From Methylocella sp. (GTDB lineage Bacteria > Pseudomonadota > Alphaproteobacteria > Rhizobiales > Beijerinckiaceae), in NCBI GenBank assembly GCA_050728695.1, contig JBOHJV010000001.1:1-51108 (forward strand): a DNA stretch of 51,108 nucleotides, in the 5' to 3' direction. Each line of letters starts with the position of its first letter. The first letter of the stretch is position 1. A program made the translations under genes and the position numbers. Of this stretch, positions 27,714-38,428 are shown in pieces. The notes beneath the pieces were generated by a model. It was not told the DNA's origin. It ran no database searches and saw nothing but the letters and a program-made list of their open reading frames with translations.

Positions 27714-28217
27714 TCAATCAGGAGCCGCTCTGGTGGGAAACAGGGCGGCTGAACCGTCCATGGCGCCCGTATCGCTATAAATCATGGGCTCGGCGTTGGA
27801 ATCGATGAGCCTGCCGTCGATCACCTTTCCCAGCACCACCACATGATCGCCTGCCGGATATTCGCATACCATATGGCATTCGAACCAGGCCAGGGACTGG
27901 TGCAGCAGAGGGACCCCGGTGCGGCCCGGCGTCCATTCCGTCGAAGCCAATTTGCTTGCGCTCGCTCGCCCGCCAAAAAGGGCGGCAAGCTCCAACTGGC
28001 CCTTCTTCAGCACGTTAACGCTGAACGCTCCGCCCTGCTTCAGTAGCCCGTAGGAGGAATGGCGCGAATTGATGCTCAAGGCCAACAGTAAGGGGTCGTA
28101 AGATACCTGCATCACGAAGGCGGCGGCAAAGGCGTTGCGCACTTCCCCATGAGCGACGCCTATTACGTAAACGCCTGTCGTAAGGCTCTTAAACAAAGTT
28201 GCAATGGAACCGCTCAT
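27714..28217 (-). CDS. Flavin reductase family protein (FMN-binding split barrel)
   Basis: TTGVYVIG, QVSYDPLLL, FSVNVL, GVPLL..SLAWFEC and GDHVVVLGKV. Confidence 0.9.
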   Translation of the reverse strand: MSGSIATLFKSLTTGVYVIGVAHGEVRNAFAAAFVMQVSYDPLLLALSINSRHSSYGLLKQGGAFSVNVLKKGQLELAALFGGRASASKLASTEWTPGRTGVPLLHQSLAWFECHMVCEYPAGDHVVVLGKVIDGRLIDSNAEPMIYSDTGAMDGSAALFPTRAAPD

Positions 28218-28335
28218 TCGTAGCTCCCTATTTCCGGCGCTTCTGTCCATTTTGCTGGCGCAAATTCGCGCCAATCACACCGGCTCCGCACGAGGGGCGC
28301 CGCGTCACGAGGGCAGGTGGCCCGGTCCGAAAGCC

Positions 28336-28380
28336 GTCATGCTGAGGAGCGCGCGCAGCGCGCGTCTCGTAGCACGAGGG
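28336..28380 (+). repeat. REP-like palindrome, copy 2
   Basis: gtcatgctgaggagcgcgcgcagcgcgcgtctcgtagcacgaggg. Confidence 0.7.
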
Positions 28381-28440
28381 CTGTGATTCGCGGGAAAGTT
28401 ATCTCACTGCGCATGCCATTCATCGCTCGGCGGCGGAGTA

Positions 28441-28545
28441 GCGTACCTAAACTTTGAACTCAAGGGCGCGCCAAAGGCGCGCCGCCGGCTTGGCCGATTT
28501 CGACATCGTAATTGCCGATCTCAGCAACGGCCGAAATCGGACGTG
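28441..28545. mobile_element. Partial, inverted second copy of the miniature inverted-repeat element
   Basis: gcgtacctaaactttgaactcaagg...ccgatttcgacatcgtaattgccgatctcagcaacggccgaaatcgga matches the reverse complement of 27477-27625. The distal TIR is missing. Confidence 0.7.
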
Positions 28546-28621
28546 AATAGAGTCCGCTGGCGATGGACGCGGCCCGTCTGTCGATTTTTGCGGATATTGG
28601 CATCGTGGCAAAACGGCGTAA

Positions 28622-29140
28622 TCAATTCGCACTTGGGGCGATAATTAAAACGTATCCATCCGGACTATCGCCCAGCGAAATTTTGTGGTCCGGTGGGGGG
28701 ACTAACATTCCTATCGATATGCGCGAGACATCGTAGCTGTTTTGCTGCAAGAAATTCTGGATTTCTGTTGCTATACTTTGGTCGGCATCGGTTCCGATAC
28801 TTCTTATGATTACTTTCTTCTTGCTAGGCATTTTTGCCAGCAATTCGCTCCCTAGTTGAGGTGAAAACGCCAGTCTCTGTGGCCCTATATTTACAATGCC
28901 AGCGGTTATTCCACCTTGCTGGCCGTAAGAAGTAACGTTCTGGGCGGATTGTTGCGCCGGGATTGATTGGGCATTCCCGGCCGGGAGGAAGGCGGTCGTC
29001 GCAGCACCTCCAAGCAGAAGTAGGCCAAAAATAAAGCCTGCCCAGGCGAGCCTTTTATTGATTGTTGGAAACATGATCTGGCCCACGAAACTTAATATTG
29101 TAAGTGCTAGCCCGGCTATTCCAAGTGCTCGATTTATCAT
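28622..29140 (-). CDS. Hypothetical membrane protein (2 N-terminal TM helices plus small soluble domain)
   Basis: AT-richer ORF; two hydrophobic helices, then a Q-rich linker and NVTSYGQQGGITAGIVNI. Confidence 0.7.
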   Translation of the reverse strand: MINRALGIAGLALTILSFVGQIMFPTINKRLAWAGFIFGLLLLGGAATTAFLPAGNAQSIPAQQSAQNVTSYGQQGGITAGIVNIGPQRLAFSPQLGSELLAKMPSKKKVIIRSIGTDADQSIATEIQNFLQQNSYDVSRISIGMLVPPPDHKISLGDSPDGYVLIIAPSAN

Positions 29141-29236
29141 AAGAAATTTTCCCAGTTGAGAATCGCTGAACCTAAACTAAGGTCCCGAACCGTGAGTTGT
29201 GAGGACGGTGATAAGCTTTTTGTGGATAAACGGTCA

Positions 29237-32200
29237 TCACGAGCACCCGGTGGTCGCGCCGCAGGTGTCGCACTTCAAGCACGTCCCATTGCGCACCAGG
29301 GTAAAATTCCCGCACTCGCCGCAGGCTTCGCCCGTAAAACCTTGCAGCCGCGCCTGGCTGCGCTTTTCGGTGACGGTCGCCCGCTCGGCGGGAGTCGTCC
29401 GCTCTAGTCCACCGAGTTCCGCTTCGACTTCCCGCTCAACTTCGCCCTTGAGCGCGGTGGCGGGTTGCGGCCCGCGGCCCTGGACCAGCATCAGTTTGTC
29501 GGCCTTGGAGCGGACAAAACCGCGCGACACGAATTTCGTGGTTCCCGTTGACCCCGCGCCTTGCGGCGGACGGCTTTGGTCCTCCCCTGTTCCCAGCACG
29601 TCGGGGCCGATGTCGGAAGGGTCGATATGGGCGAGATCGTTGCGGCCGAGATAAGAGATCGCAAGCTCGCGAAAAATATAGTCGAGGATCGAGGTCGCGT
29701 TCTTGATCGCGTCATTGCCTTGCACGAGCCCCGCCGGTTCAAAACGCGTAAACGTGAAGGCGTCAACATATTCTTCCAATGGCACGCCATATTGCAGGCC
29801 AACCGAAATTGCGATGGCGAAGTTGTTCATGAGCGAGCGGAAGGCCGCGCCTTCCTTGTGCATGTCGATAAAAATTTCGCCGAGCCGCCCATCCCCATAT
29901 TCGCCGGTGCGCAAATAGACCTTGTGGCCGCCGACGGCCGCCTTTTGCGTATAGCCCTTGCGGCGGTCGGGAAGACGCTCGCGCTCCCTTATCCGCTCGA
30001 TCCGCTCGACAATTTTCTCGACGATCCTTTCGGCGACCGCCATTGCCCGCGCCGGGGCGTTGGAGCCGATCAGCCCCTCGATCGCGTCCTCCGCCTCGCC
30101 GTCGTCATCGGCGATGAGTTGGCTGTGCAAGGGCTGCGACAATTTCGAGCCATCGCGGTAAAGCGCATTGGCCTTGAGCCCAAGCCGCCAGGAAAGCATA
30201 TAGGCCGCCTTGCAATCCTCGATCGTCGCCTCGTTTGGCATGTTGATCGTCTTCGAGATCGCGCCGGAGATGAAAGGCTGCGCCGCCGCCATCATGCGGA
30301 TGTGGCTTTCGACGAAAAGGAAGCGTTTGCCGGTGCGGCCGCAGGGGTTGGCGCAATCGAACACGGCGTAATGCTCCGGCTTCAAATGCGGCGCGCCTTC
30401 AAGCGTCATGGCGCCGCAGACGAAAATATTGGCGGCGTCGATTTCCGCGCGGGTGAACCCTAAAAAGTTCAAGAGATCGAAGTTTTGATCCTCCAGCTTT
30501 TCGGCCGGAATTTTGAGCGCGCCGGTCAAAAACTCCGCGCCAAGAGTCCATTTGTTGAAGACGAATTTGATGTCGAAGGCGCCAGCCAGCGTCGCCTCCA
30601 ATTCGGTGAGCTTTTCCGCCGTAAAACCTTTCGTGGCAAGGCTCTCGTGATTGATCGCCGGCGCATTGCGCAACGAGCCATGGCCGGTCGCATAGGTCAC
30701 GATCTCGTCGATCTCGGTTGCCGAATAGGCGAGCGCGCGCAAGCCCTCGGGAACGGCGCGATTGATGATCTTGAAGTAGCCGCCGCCGGCGAGTTTCTTG
30801 AATTTGACAAGCGCGAAATCAGGCTCGATGCCCGTCGTGTCGCAATCCATCACGAGGCCGATGGTGCCGGTCGGGGCGACGACGCTCACCTGCGCGTTGC
30901 GATAGCCATGGTTTTCGCCGAGTGTGACGGCACGCGCCCAGGCGGCACGGGCATGTTCGCCAAGCGCCTTGTTGGGCAAATTTGAGACATCGGATATATC
31001 CGATGTCTTGGATAGCGCCGCGTGGTCGAGCGGGACCGGCGCGATCGATAACGCTTCATAACCGGAGGCCTCGCCATTTGCCGCCCGCGCGTGGTTGCGC
31101 ATCACGCGCAGCATCGGGGCGGAATTCTCCTTGTATCCCTCGAAGGCGCCGAGCTCGCCCGCCATCTCCGCCGATGTGGCATAGGCAACGCCGGTCATGA
31201 TCGCCGCCAGCGCGCCGCAAATCGCGCGGGCCTCATTGCTGTCGTAAGGGATGCCGGAAGACATCAACAGCCCGCCAATATTGGCGTAGCCAAGGCCGAG
31301 CGTGCGATAATCATAAGAAAGCCTGGCGATTTCCTTCGCCGGAAATTGCGCCATCATGACCGAGATTTCGAGCACGATTGTCCACAGCCGCACCGCGTGC
31401 TCGTAGGACTCAATATCGAATTCCCCCGTCGCCGCGTCGCGGAACTGAATGAGGTTAAGCGAGGCAAGATTGCACGCCGTATCGTCGAGGAACATATATT
31501 CCGAGCACGGATTGGAGGCGCGGATCGGGCCTGCCGCCGGGCAGGTGTGCCAATCGTTGATCGTCGTGTGGTATTGCAGGCCGGGGTCGGCGGAGGCCCA
31601 AGCGGCGCGGCCGATCTTGTCCCAGAGATCGCGGGCCTTCATCGTCTTATGCGGCTTGCCGTCGATGCGCCGGGTCAAGGTCCAATCGCGATTCTCCTCG
31701 ACCGCGCGTAAAAATTCGTCGCTCACCCGCACGGAATTGTTCGAGTTCTGGCCGGAGACGGTGAGATAGGCCTCCGAATCCCAATCGGCTGTAAAAGCTT
31801 CGAAATCGATGGTTGTGTGGCCCTGCCGCCCCAACTGGATGGTTTTCTTGATCAAGGAGTCGGGGACGAAGGCGCGCCGAGCGAGCTTGATTTCTTTCTT
31901 TAGCGCGGGGTTTTTTTCCGGATCGAAACAATCATCGCCCTGACCCTCGCAATTGACGCAGGCGCGAAGAATAGCCTTGACCGCCTTTTGCAAAATTCTC
32001 GAGCCGGTGACGAGCGCGGCGACTTTCCGTTCCTCCTTCACCTTCCATTCGATAAAGTCCTCGATGTCGGGGTGATCGGCATCGACGATGACCATCTTGG
32101 CGGCCCGCCGTGTGGTGCCGCCGGATTTGATCGCGCCCGCCGCGCGATCGCCGATTTTTAAGAACGACATCAGGCCGGACGATTTGCCGCCGCCGGAAAG

Positions 32201-32932
32201 CTTTTCGTTCTCGCCGCGCAATTTGGAAAAATTCGAGCCCGTGCCGGAGCCATATTTGAAGAGCCTGGCTTCGCGCACCCAAAGATCCATGATCCCGCCC
32301 TCGTTGACGAGGTCGTCGGCGACCGACTGGATGAAACAGGCATGCGGTTGCGGATGCTCGTAGGCCGACTTCGACTTGACGAGTTTCTTGGTCTCGTGGT
32401 CGACATAGTAATGGCCCTGGCTTGGCCCATCGACGCCATAGGCCCAATGGAGCCCGGTATTGAACCACTGCGGCGAATTCGGCGCCGCCATCTGACGCGC
32501 CAGCATGAAGCGCAATTCGTCGAAGAAGGCGGAGGCATCCGCTTCCCTGTCGAAAAATTTGCCCTTCCAGCCCCAATAGGTCCAGGCGCCGGCAAGACGG
32601 TCGAAGACTTCCGCCGCCGAGGTCTCGCCCTTGTCGCGCATGGTTTTTGGCAACGCCGCGAGCGCTTCGTCGTCCGCGACGGAGCGCCAAAGGAAAGCGG
32701 GAACCGCGGCTTCCGGCACGCGCTTCAAAAGGGCGGGCACCCCTGCCCTGCGGAAATATTTTTGGGCAAGCACATCCGCCGCGACCTGGCTCCAGGCCGC
32801 GGGAACCTCGATGTCGCCTTGCGCGAAAACGATCGAGCCGTCGGGATTGCGGATTTCGCTTTTAGTTGTCCTAAACGCGATTTCCGCGTAGGGGGAGTTT
32901 TCAGGCTTGGTGTAACGCCGCTCGATTCGCAT
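29237..32932 (-). CDS. nrdJ: Adenosylcobalamin-dependent (class II) ribonucleotide reductase
   Basis: [60 protein letters not shown], a TSCPD-type C-terminal domain and a terminal CxxC..CxxC. Confidence 0.96.
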   Translation of the reverse strand: MRIERRYTKPENSPYAEIAFRTTKSEIRNPDGSIVFAQGDIEVPAAWSQVAADVLAQKYFRRAGVPALLKRVPEAAVPAFLWRSVADDEALAALPKTMRDKGETSAAEVFDRLAGAWTYWGWKGKFFDREADASAFFDELRFMLARQMAAPNSPQWFNTGLHWAYGVDGPSQGHYYVDHETKKLVKSKSAYEHPQPHACFIQSVADDLVNEGGIMDLWVREARLFKYGSGTGSNFSKLRGENEKLSGGGKSSGLMSFLKIGDRAAGAIKSGGTTRRAAKMVIVDADHPDIEDFIEWKVKEERKVAALVTGSRILQKAVKAILRACVNCEGQGDDCFDPEKNPALKKEIKLARRAFVPDSLIKKTIQLGRQGHTTIDFEAFTADWDSEAYLTVSGQNSNNSVRVSDEFLRAVEENRDWTLTRRIDGKPHKTMKARDLWDKIGRAAWASADPGLQYHTTINDWHTCPAAGPIRASNPCSEYMFLDDTACNLASLNLIQFRDAATGEFDIESYEHAVRLWTIVLEISVMMAQFPAKEIARLSYDYRTLGLGYANIGGLLMSSGIPYDSNEARAICGALAAIMTGVAYATSAEMAGELGAFEGYKENSAPMLRVMRNHARAANGEASGYEALSIAPVPLDHAALSKTSDISDVSNLPNKALGEHARAAWARAVTLGENHGYRNAQVSVVAPTGTIGLVMDCDTTGIEPDFALVKFKKLAGGGYFKIINRAVPEGLRALAYSATEIDEIVTYATGHGSLRNAPAINHESLATKGFTAEKLTELEATLAGAFDIKFVFNKWTLGAEFLTGALKIPAEKLEDQNFDLLNFLGFTRAEIDAANIFVCGAMTLEGAPHLKPEHYAVFDCANPCGRTGKRFLFVESHIRMMAAAQPFISGAISKTINMPNEATIEDCKAAYMLSWRLGLKANALYRDGSKLSQPLHSQLIADDDGEAEDAIEGLIGSNAPARAMAVAERIVEKIVERIERIRERERLPDRRKGYTQKAAVGGHKVYLRTGEYGDGRLGEIFIDMHKEGAAFRSLMNNFAIAISVGLQYGVPLEEYVDAFTFTRFEPAGLVQGNDAIKNATSILDYIFRELAISYLGRNDLAHIDPSDIGPDVLGTGEDQSRPPQGAGSTGTTKFVSRGFVRSKADKLMLVQGRGPQPATALKGEVEREVEAELGGLERTTPAERATVTEKRSQARLQGFTGEACGECGNFTLVRNGTCLKCDTCGATTGCS

Positions 32933-33023
32933 TGGTCCGATCCCGTCTTCTCAGTTCTAATTTGATGGACAGAGACAATGAATTAGCGCTATCGTAGAGT
33001 CACTCACGCTGGGCGCATATCCA

Positions 33024-33070
33024 CTACTATATATGGTAGCTGTTAACAATTATAAAACTAGATAGAGCGT
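33024..33070. promoter_or_regulatory. Tandem NrdR boxes upstream of nrdJ
   Basis: ctactatatatggtag (33024-33039) and aaactagatagagcgt (33055-33070), 31 bp apart, resembling acaCwAtATaTwGtgt. Confidence 0.75.
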
Positions 33071-33210
33071 TTGGCGCGGGCTCAAGGCACGCTGGCGTGC
33101 GCTTCTCGATGCCACCCTTAAGCGGCATGGATAAGCGCGGCTCCGCGTGGTCATAAACGCCCAGATTATGGGCCGGATCGTTCCCGCAACGCCGAAGGCA
33201 GAACAACCAC

Positions 33211-33612
33211 ATGAAATGGTTCTATCGGATTTTTACCTGGTGGCATGGTCAGACCCTGAGTACGGCGCTGCACACTTTGCTCTTCGGCAAATTCGTGGGA
33301 AAAGACGAATTCGGCAACCGTTATTTCCGCAGGCGGAAAATCGACAAGGCGCTTGGCATCGAGCGGCGCTGGGTGATCTACGCGGGAGATAGCGAGGGCT
33401 CGATGACCCCGCCTGGCTGGTATGGCTGGCTGCATCACACGGTCGATATTCCGCCAACCCAAGAAGAATACACGCCTCGCGCTTGGCAATTGCCGCATCT
33501 GCCGGATATGACGGGCACGCCGCAAGCCTGGCGTCCTCCGGGCTCGACCTTGGCCGCCAATGCGCGGCCTCCGGCGACTGGCGATTACGAAGCCTGGACG
33601 CCGGAGGGCTGA
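33211..33612 (+). CDS. NADH:ubiquinone oxidoreductase subunit NDUFA12 family protein
   Basis: FTWW.GQT, VGKDEFGNRY, ERRWVIY, PPGWYGWLHH and GDYEAWTP. Confidence 0.93.
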   Translation: MKWFYRIFTWWHGQTLSTALHTLLFGKFVGKDEFGNRYFRRRKIDKALGIERRWVIYAGDSEGSMTPPGWYGWLHHTVDIPPTQEEYTPRAWQLPHLPDMTGTPQAWRPPGSTLAANARPPATGDYEAWTPEG

Positions 33613-33628
33613 GAGTGGAGCTCGACGG

Positions 33629-34108
33629 ATGGGTGTCGACGTCCACGTCTATGAGGCGCGCATCGTCTGGACAGGCAACCGCGGGCAAGGCACTTCGGCT
33701 TATGCGGCCTATGGCCGCGACCATGTGGCGCGCGCGGCGGGAAAACCAGATCTCCCGATGTCCGCGGACCAGGCGTTTCTGGGCGACCCCGCGAGGCACA
33801 ATCCGGAGGACTTGCTTGTCGCGGCGATTTCCTCATGCCACATGCTTTGGTATCTGCATCTTTGCGCCAATGCCGGGATTATCGTTCGGGACTACGAAGA
33901 TCGCCCATCCGGCCGCTTGATCGAATCGCAGGAAAGCGGGGGATATTTCGAGTCCGTCCTTTTGCGGCCACAGGTGACGCTTGAGTCTGGCGACATTCGA
34001 GAGGCGCTGCACCTCCACCAGGACGCCCATAAGAAATGCTTCATCGCCAATTCCGTCAATTTCCCGGTCCTGCTTGAGCCCGCGATCCAACTCGCCTCGA
34101 AGGCATAG
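33629..34108 (+). CDS. OsmC/Ohr family protein
   Basis: W.GN.G.GT, F.GDP..HNPEDLLVAAISSCHMLWYL and AHKKCFIANSV. Confidence 0.9.
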   Translation: MGVDVHVYEARIVWTGNRGQGTSAYAAYGRDHVARAAGKPDLPMSADQAFLGDPARHNPEDLLVAAISSCHMLWYLHLCANAGIIVRDYEDRPSGRLIESQESGGYFESVLLRPQVTLESGDIREALHLHQDAHKKCFIANSVNFPVLLEPAIQLASKA

Positions 34109-34328
34109 GCCCTTTGGCCAGGCTTCAAACCCGCGGCCATGCCATTCATGTCTAAGATTATGAATCGTGTGCCTCTTTTGAATCGTGCGCCGCTTTCGCG
34201 ATCTTTTATGCCGCCGGGTTTCTTCGTCTCCCCGGTCCCGCACCGCGACTGCAACGGAAAGCGAGCTTTTCGACAACGCTGAATCCACGGGCGCCGCCGA
34301 ACTCCAGAAGCGAACGATTCGTTTTCAT

Positions 34329-34556
34329 TTAGGGTTTGACAATAGCGATGGGTTGGTTCTTGTCTTGCCCTGAGTGGCGGGTGCCGTGGGACGAATGGCC
34401 GCCTTTGCGGCCGGCTTCCGAAGCGAGTTGGCGGTTTTGCGAAAAACTGCGCTTTTCATCGGGAACGCTGCGACCCCCCTTGCGCGCGATTTCGCGGAGT
34501 TTCTCCACATCCATGGCCGCAAAGCCGCGACTCGAGGGGTTAACGTTCTTTCGCAT
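34329..34556 (-). CDS. KGG-motif general stress protein (YciG/GsiB-like)
   Basis: RGFAAMD.EKLREIARKGG and SFSQNRQLASEAGRKGG. Confidence 0.9.
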   Translation of the reverse strand: MRKNVNPSSRGFAAMDVEKLREIARKGGRSVPDEKRSFSQNRQLASEAGRKGGHSSHGTRHSGQDKNQPIAIVKP

Positions 34557-34587
34557 GGTCCTACCTCTGGTCATGTTATGGCCCGCT

Positions 34588-34612
34588 AACCGTTAAGTTA
34601 GTCAACGGTTCC
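34588..34612 (-). promoter_or_regulatory. Putative sigma-EcfG (general stress response) promoter
   Basis: GGAAC-cgttgactaacttaac-GGTT versus consensus GGAAC-N16-CGTT, directly upstream of the KGG gene. Confidence 0.65.
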
Positions 34613-34771
34613 ATATCTTCCAACGCCAACCCAAAATGGTCGCGCGCGGATTGCCCGGCAAGGACATCGAAACCCCAATTCTGGCTCCACGCGCGGGCGA
34701 GACAAAAGTGGCACAGGCAGCGGTGCCGGCCATTTACCGGGCTCGCGATGCCACCAGAACATGAATTCCGA

Positions 34772-34803
34772 CAAAAAAAAGCCCCAGCGGTGATGCCAGG
34801 GCC
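34772..34803 (-). terminator. Intrinsic terminator after cspA
   Basis: gccctggc-atcacc-gctggggc followed by a T8 run on the minus strand. Confidence 0.75.
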
Positions 34804-34826
34804 CGTGCAACAAATTTGTGCCGCCT

Positions 34827-35036
34827 TCAGGCTGGGTGAAGGTTACCCGCCGCGGACTTGCCGGTTCGTTTGTCGGCAATGACTTCGTAGGCGATTTTCT
34901 GGCCTTCCTGCAGATTGCGCAATCCTGATTGTTCCACGGCGCTGATGTGGACGAACACGTCCTTGCCGCCGTCGTCTGGCTGTATGAAGCCGTATCCCTT
35001 GTCCGGATTAAACCACTTCACGGTTCCCGTAGTCAT
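34827..35036 (-). CDS. cspA: Cold-shock protein
   Basis: GTVKWFN..KGYGFI and DVFVHISA (RNP1/RNP2). Confidence 0.95.
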   Translation of the reverse strand: MTTGTVKWFNPDKGYGFIQPDDGGKDVFVHISAVEQSGLRNLQEGQKIAYEVIADKRTGKSAAGNLHPA

Positions 35037-35203
35037 AGAAGCTATCCTTAGAGTCGTAGAGAAGAGTGGCGCCCATCCATGGAACGCCGATGTTGCATCG
35101 ATGTTTTGAGGAGGAGGTCGTCAGCAGACGCAAAAATGCGAGGCCAAGCCGTCGGCAAAAACACGACACGATGCAATGTATGTTCAATCGATGCGCAAAA
35201 CAA
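35037..35203 (-). promoter_or_regulatory. cspA promoter and long (about 130 nt) 5' leader, probable thermoregulator
   Basis: TTGTTT-N17-TACATT promoter at about 35175-35203, followed by a long ORF-free leader with hairpins (ggcgttccatggatgggcgcc). Confidence 0.5.
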
Positions 35204-35310
35204 GGGGGTGTTATTGGTTTTTAGCGTGGGTTCCGGCAAAGCCGAACAGCTTCGCCAGACGAACCCGCGCTTGCCGACGGCGCCGAACCTGCTTTCTGGC
35301 CAAATTTTGC

Positions 35311-36006
35311 TCAAAGCCTCTTGATCCGCGCAAGGGTAAACAGCCCAAAAGGCGGCAGCTTGCGGCGTTCCACGAGACGGACGGAAGCCGTGGAATCGAT
35401 CCAGTCGCCGATGATCGGCCACCCGAATTCCGGTTGCCAGCCGAGCTCGGCGCTGGATTTAGCGAGGGCGGACTCGATCCAGGCCATCGGGCCTTTGCCG
35501 CTGGCGACATGATTGACGAGGATGATCTCGCCGCCGGGCTTCACGACGCGGGCCAGTTCATAAAGACACGCCCGCGGATCTGGCACGACCGTCAAAACGT
35601 AAGGCGCGACCACCGCATCGAAATGGGCATCCGGGAAAGCAAGGTGCGCCGCGTCCATGACCAGGAGGGCCTCGACATTGCCTAAAGCCTTGGCGCGGAC
35701 TCGCCTTTGGGCGCGCCGCAGCATCGGCTCGGAAAGATCGATCCCCGTCAATCTCGTCCGCCGGTCGAACATGGGCAATTCGAGGCCGGTGCCGGCGCCC
35801 ACATCGAGCACATGGCCGCCAACGCCGTCGGCCGCCGCCGCCGCGGCTTTGCGTCCCGGCCGCAGCACGAGTCCCCAGACGAGATCGTAAACCGGCGCCC
35901 AGCGAGCGTAGGATTTCTTGACATGCTTATTGCCGAGAACGGCGAGAGCGCCCGCGCGTTCTGGCCCGGCGTCCAAGCCATGGGTGGCAAGGATTTCCTC
36001 TTGCAC
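35311..36006 (-). CDS. pmtA: Phospholipid N-methyltransferase (PmtA-like class I SAM methyltransferase)
   Basis: YARWAPVYD..G, VLDVGAGTG, GIDLSEPML and ELARVVKPGGEI. Conserved position downstream of mnmA. Confidence 0.8.
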   Translation of the reverse strand: MQEEILATHGLDAGPERAGALAVLGNKHVKKSYARWAPVYDLVWGLVLRPGRKAAAAAADGVGGHVLDVGAGTGLELPMFDRRTRLTGIDLSEPMLRRAQRRVRAKALGNVEALLVMDAAHLAFPDAHFDAVVAPYVLTVVPDPRACLYELARVVKPGGEIILVNHVASGKGPMAWIESALAKSSAELGWQPEFGWPIIGDWIDSTASVRLVERRKLPPFGLFTLARIKRL

Positions 36007-36116
36007 GAGCGTTCACCTCTACGTTTCGCCCTCGCGATTTCCATTTCATGGCCGCAAGCTTTGGTCAACTTGTTCTTGAGCGCCCACTCCCGCGCGGGAT
36101 GCCGGACAATTTCCGT

Positions 36117-37349
36117 TTATGGAGGCAACGGCTCAGCCAGTGCGTAATTATTTTCGGCGACCGCCGGACAAGCCGGTTCCGCCGAAACGATGAAGGCACC
36201 GCCTAAAACGCGCGCGCGTGGCCGGTCCGACGCATAAAATACGCAGGCTTGGCCAGGCGAGACGGCATCCTCGGCGGCGGCGAATTCGACGGCGGCCTCG
36301 AACTGACCGATGCTAAGGCGGGCCTGAACCGGAGGCCGGGACGAGCGGATCTGCACATAAAGGTCCTTTCTATTGGAGGGACCGTCGAGCGAGCCGGGCC
36401 CGATCCAGTTGAGTGCGCCCAAGCGGACCCTGCGGGTCGCCAACGCCTCGCGCGGCCCAACGATGACGCGCGCCCGCGCGGCGTCCAGCTTGACGACAAA
36501 GAGCGGCGCGCCGGCGCCGGAGCCGCCAAGTCGAAGGCCGCGCCTTTGGCCGACCGTGTAATGGATGATGCCCGGGTGGCGTCCGAGCACCCGGCCGTCG
36601 ATATGCACAATGTCGCCCGGAGCCGCCGCGCCAGGCGTCAAGCGTTCGATGAGATCGCTGTATCTGCCGGTTGGAACGAAACAAATATCTTGGCTGTCGG
36701 CTTTATCGGCGACCGGCAGGCCGAACCTTCGGGCAAGCGCGCGGACTTCCGCCTTTTCCATATCACCGAGAGGAAATCGCAAAAGTTGAAGCTGCGCCTT
36801 GGTCGTCGCGAATAGGAAATAACTCTGATCGCGAGAAAGATCATGGGCGCGATAGAGCGCGCGATGGCCAGCGGCGTCGAGCCGGGACGACACGTAATGG
36901 CCGGTCGCCAAGGCAGCGGCGCCGAGGTCTTGCGCAGTTTCCAAAAGATCGGCGAATTTGATTTCGCTATTGCAGGCAACGCACGGTATCGGAGTTTGCC
37001 CCGCCGCATAACTTTGCGCGAACGGCGAGATGACCTTGCGCTTGAACCTCTCCTCGTAGTCCAGCACATAATGCGGGATGCCGAGGCGGGCGGCGGTAAG
37101 ACGCGCGTCATGAATGTCCTGTCCGGCGCAACAGGACCCCTTGCGGTGAACCGCCGCGCCGTGGTCGTAAAGCTGCAGCGTCACGCCGATGACATCGTAG
37201 CCCTGCTCCGTGAGCAATGCGGCAACGACCGAGGAGTCAACCCCGCCCGACATCGCGACGACCACGCGGGTTTGCGCCGCGGGCCTATTGAAACCGAGAC
37301 TATTGGGATCATCGATCCCTCCCGGCGCGGGGTTTTCGTTCATGGCCAT
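36117..37349 (-). CDS. mnmA: tRNA-specific 2-thiouridylase
   Basis: [49 protein letters not shown] and SPGQACVFY. Confidence 0.96.
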   Translation of the reverse strand: MAMNENPAPGGIDDPNSLGFNRPAAQTRVVVAMSGGVDSSVVAALLTEQGYDVIGVTLQLYDHGAAVHRKGSCCAGQDIHDARLTAARLGIPHYVLDYEERFKRKVISPFAQSYAAGQTPIPCVACNSEIKFADLLETAQDLGAAALATGHYVSSRLDAAGHRALYRAHDLSRDQSYFLFATTKAQLQLLRFPLGDMEKAEVRALARRFGLPVADKADSQDICFVPTGRYSDLIERLTPGAAAPGDIVHIDGRVLGRHPGIIHYTVGQRRGLRLGGSGAGAPLFVVKLDAARARVIVGPREALATRRVRLGALNWIGPGSLDGPSNRKDLYVQIRSSRPPVQARLSIGQFEAAVEFAAAEDAVSPGQACVFYASDRPRARVLGGAFIVSAEPACPAVAENNYALAEPLPP

Positions 37350-37613
37350 CGCCCATCGCTCGATCAATTGACCTGCCGATGTCCATTTGCCGTGTACGGT
37401 ACACGGGTTGAAGGCAAGTACCTCAGCTGACAAGTCGCCGCGCGACCCTCAGCGGCAAATCCGCCGGGCACAAGCGCGAACCATGGCGCTTACTCCGTCG
37501 CCACGGGCGCGTACCTGCATTGCGCAGCATCCGCATTTAATACTTCCGCTATCCCAAATGCAAATCTGCGTAGCGACTCAGCTTGAATTTCTGCAATTGG
37601 CGGGATGCGGGAC

Positions 37614-38075
37614 CTACGAGCGCGTTTCCAAGGCAGCCGCGACACGTTCAACGGCTTGCAGCACACGCCCCCATCCAGGACTCATCGCATCAAAAGCAGC
37701 CTGATTTGCCGGCAGTCTGAAGCCTGCATGGACCATCTTGAGCCGCGTTCCCGCCGCAACAGGTACGACGGTCCATGTGACGGTGGTATCGAGCCGTGAG
37801 CCATATTTGACGTTCTCGCCGGAACCACCCTTCCAGCTATAAACGAGGCGGCGGTTCTCTATGAGCTCCAAAACTTCGCAATGTACGACGCCATCCCAAT
37901 CACCCATTGGCGTTGTTCTGAAGTTGAATTTCTTACCAACGACAGCCTCAAAGTCATTTGGCATCAACCACTGACCGATCAGGTCCGCCGTGGTCAAAGT
38001 CTTCCACACCACTTCGGGGGCATGAGGCAGTACAGCTTCAACGATGATGTCTCTGATCTCGGCGGCAAGGGTCAT
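37614..38075 (-). CDS. SRPBCC/AHSA1 domain protein
   Basis: PE.VWKTLT..LI.QWLM.NDF, CEVLE..RLVYSW, GTRL..H.GF and GW. Confidence 0.88.
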   Translation of the reverse strand: MTLAAEIRDIIVEAVLPHAPEVVWKTLTTADLIGQWLMPNDFEAVVGKKFNFRTTPMGDWDGVVHCEVLELIENRRLVYSWKGGSGENVKYGSRLDTTVTWTVVPVAAGTRLKMVHAGFRLPANQAAFDAMSPGWGRVLQAVERVAAALETRS

Positions 38076-38410
38076 AAGTCAATCTCCTTTAACACCATTT
38101 CCAATTTCGCAAACCGCTCGCGCCAGAACTCACCGTAGAGGGAGAGCCAATCGACCATCGGAGCTAAGCCGCGAGGGTTCGCATGATAGTAAACGTGCTT
38201 AGCTTCGCGCCGTTCGAAAACCAGCTTGGCTTCCCGGAGCGCCCGAAGGTGCTGCGAGACCGCTGGCTGGGAAACCGTGGCGTTCCGCGCCAATGCTCCC
38301 GCCGTAACTTCCCCAGCCACTACGATATGTTCGAACACTGCCCGCCGCGTGGGATCGGCGAGCGTTCGCATGACATTCGTCATGTCCAAGCCGGTGCGCA
38401 TGGCGGACAT
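38072..38410 (-). CDS. ArsR/SmtB family transcriptional regulator
   Basis: TLADPTRRAVF and VSQPAVSQHLRALREAKLV. ATGA overlap with the SRPBCC gene. Confidence 0.9.
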   Translation of the reverse strand: MSAMRTGLDMTNVMRTLADPTRRAVFEHIVVAGEVTAGALARNATVSQPAVSQHLRALREAKLVFERREAKHVYYHANPRGLAPMVDWLSLYGEFWRERFAKLEMVLKEIDL

Positions 38411-38428
38411 ATAAGTAATTGCTTATAT
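38409..38428. promoter_or_regulatory. Palindromic operator, probable ArsR autoregulatory site
   Basis: ATATAAG-taattg-CTTATAT at the start of the ArsR gene. Confidence 0.6.

Noticed and set aside
29237..33210. Intein in NrdJ or cobalamin riboswitch upstream
   Set aside because: The catalytic motifs are contiguous with no splice-junction motifs, and no B12-box was recognised. Upstream control appears to be NrdR.
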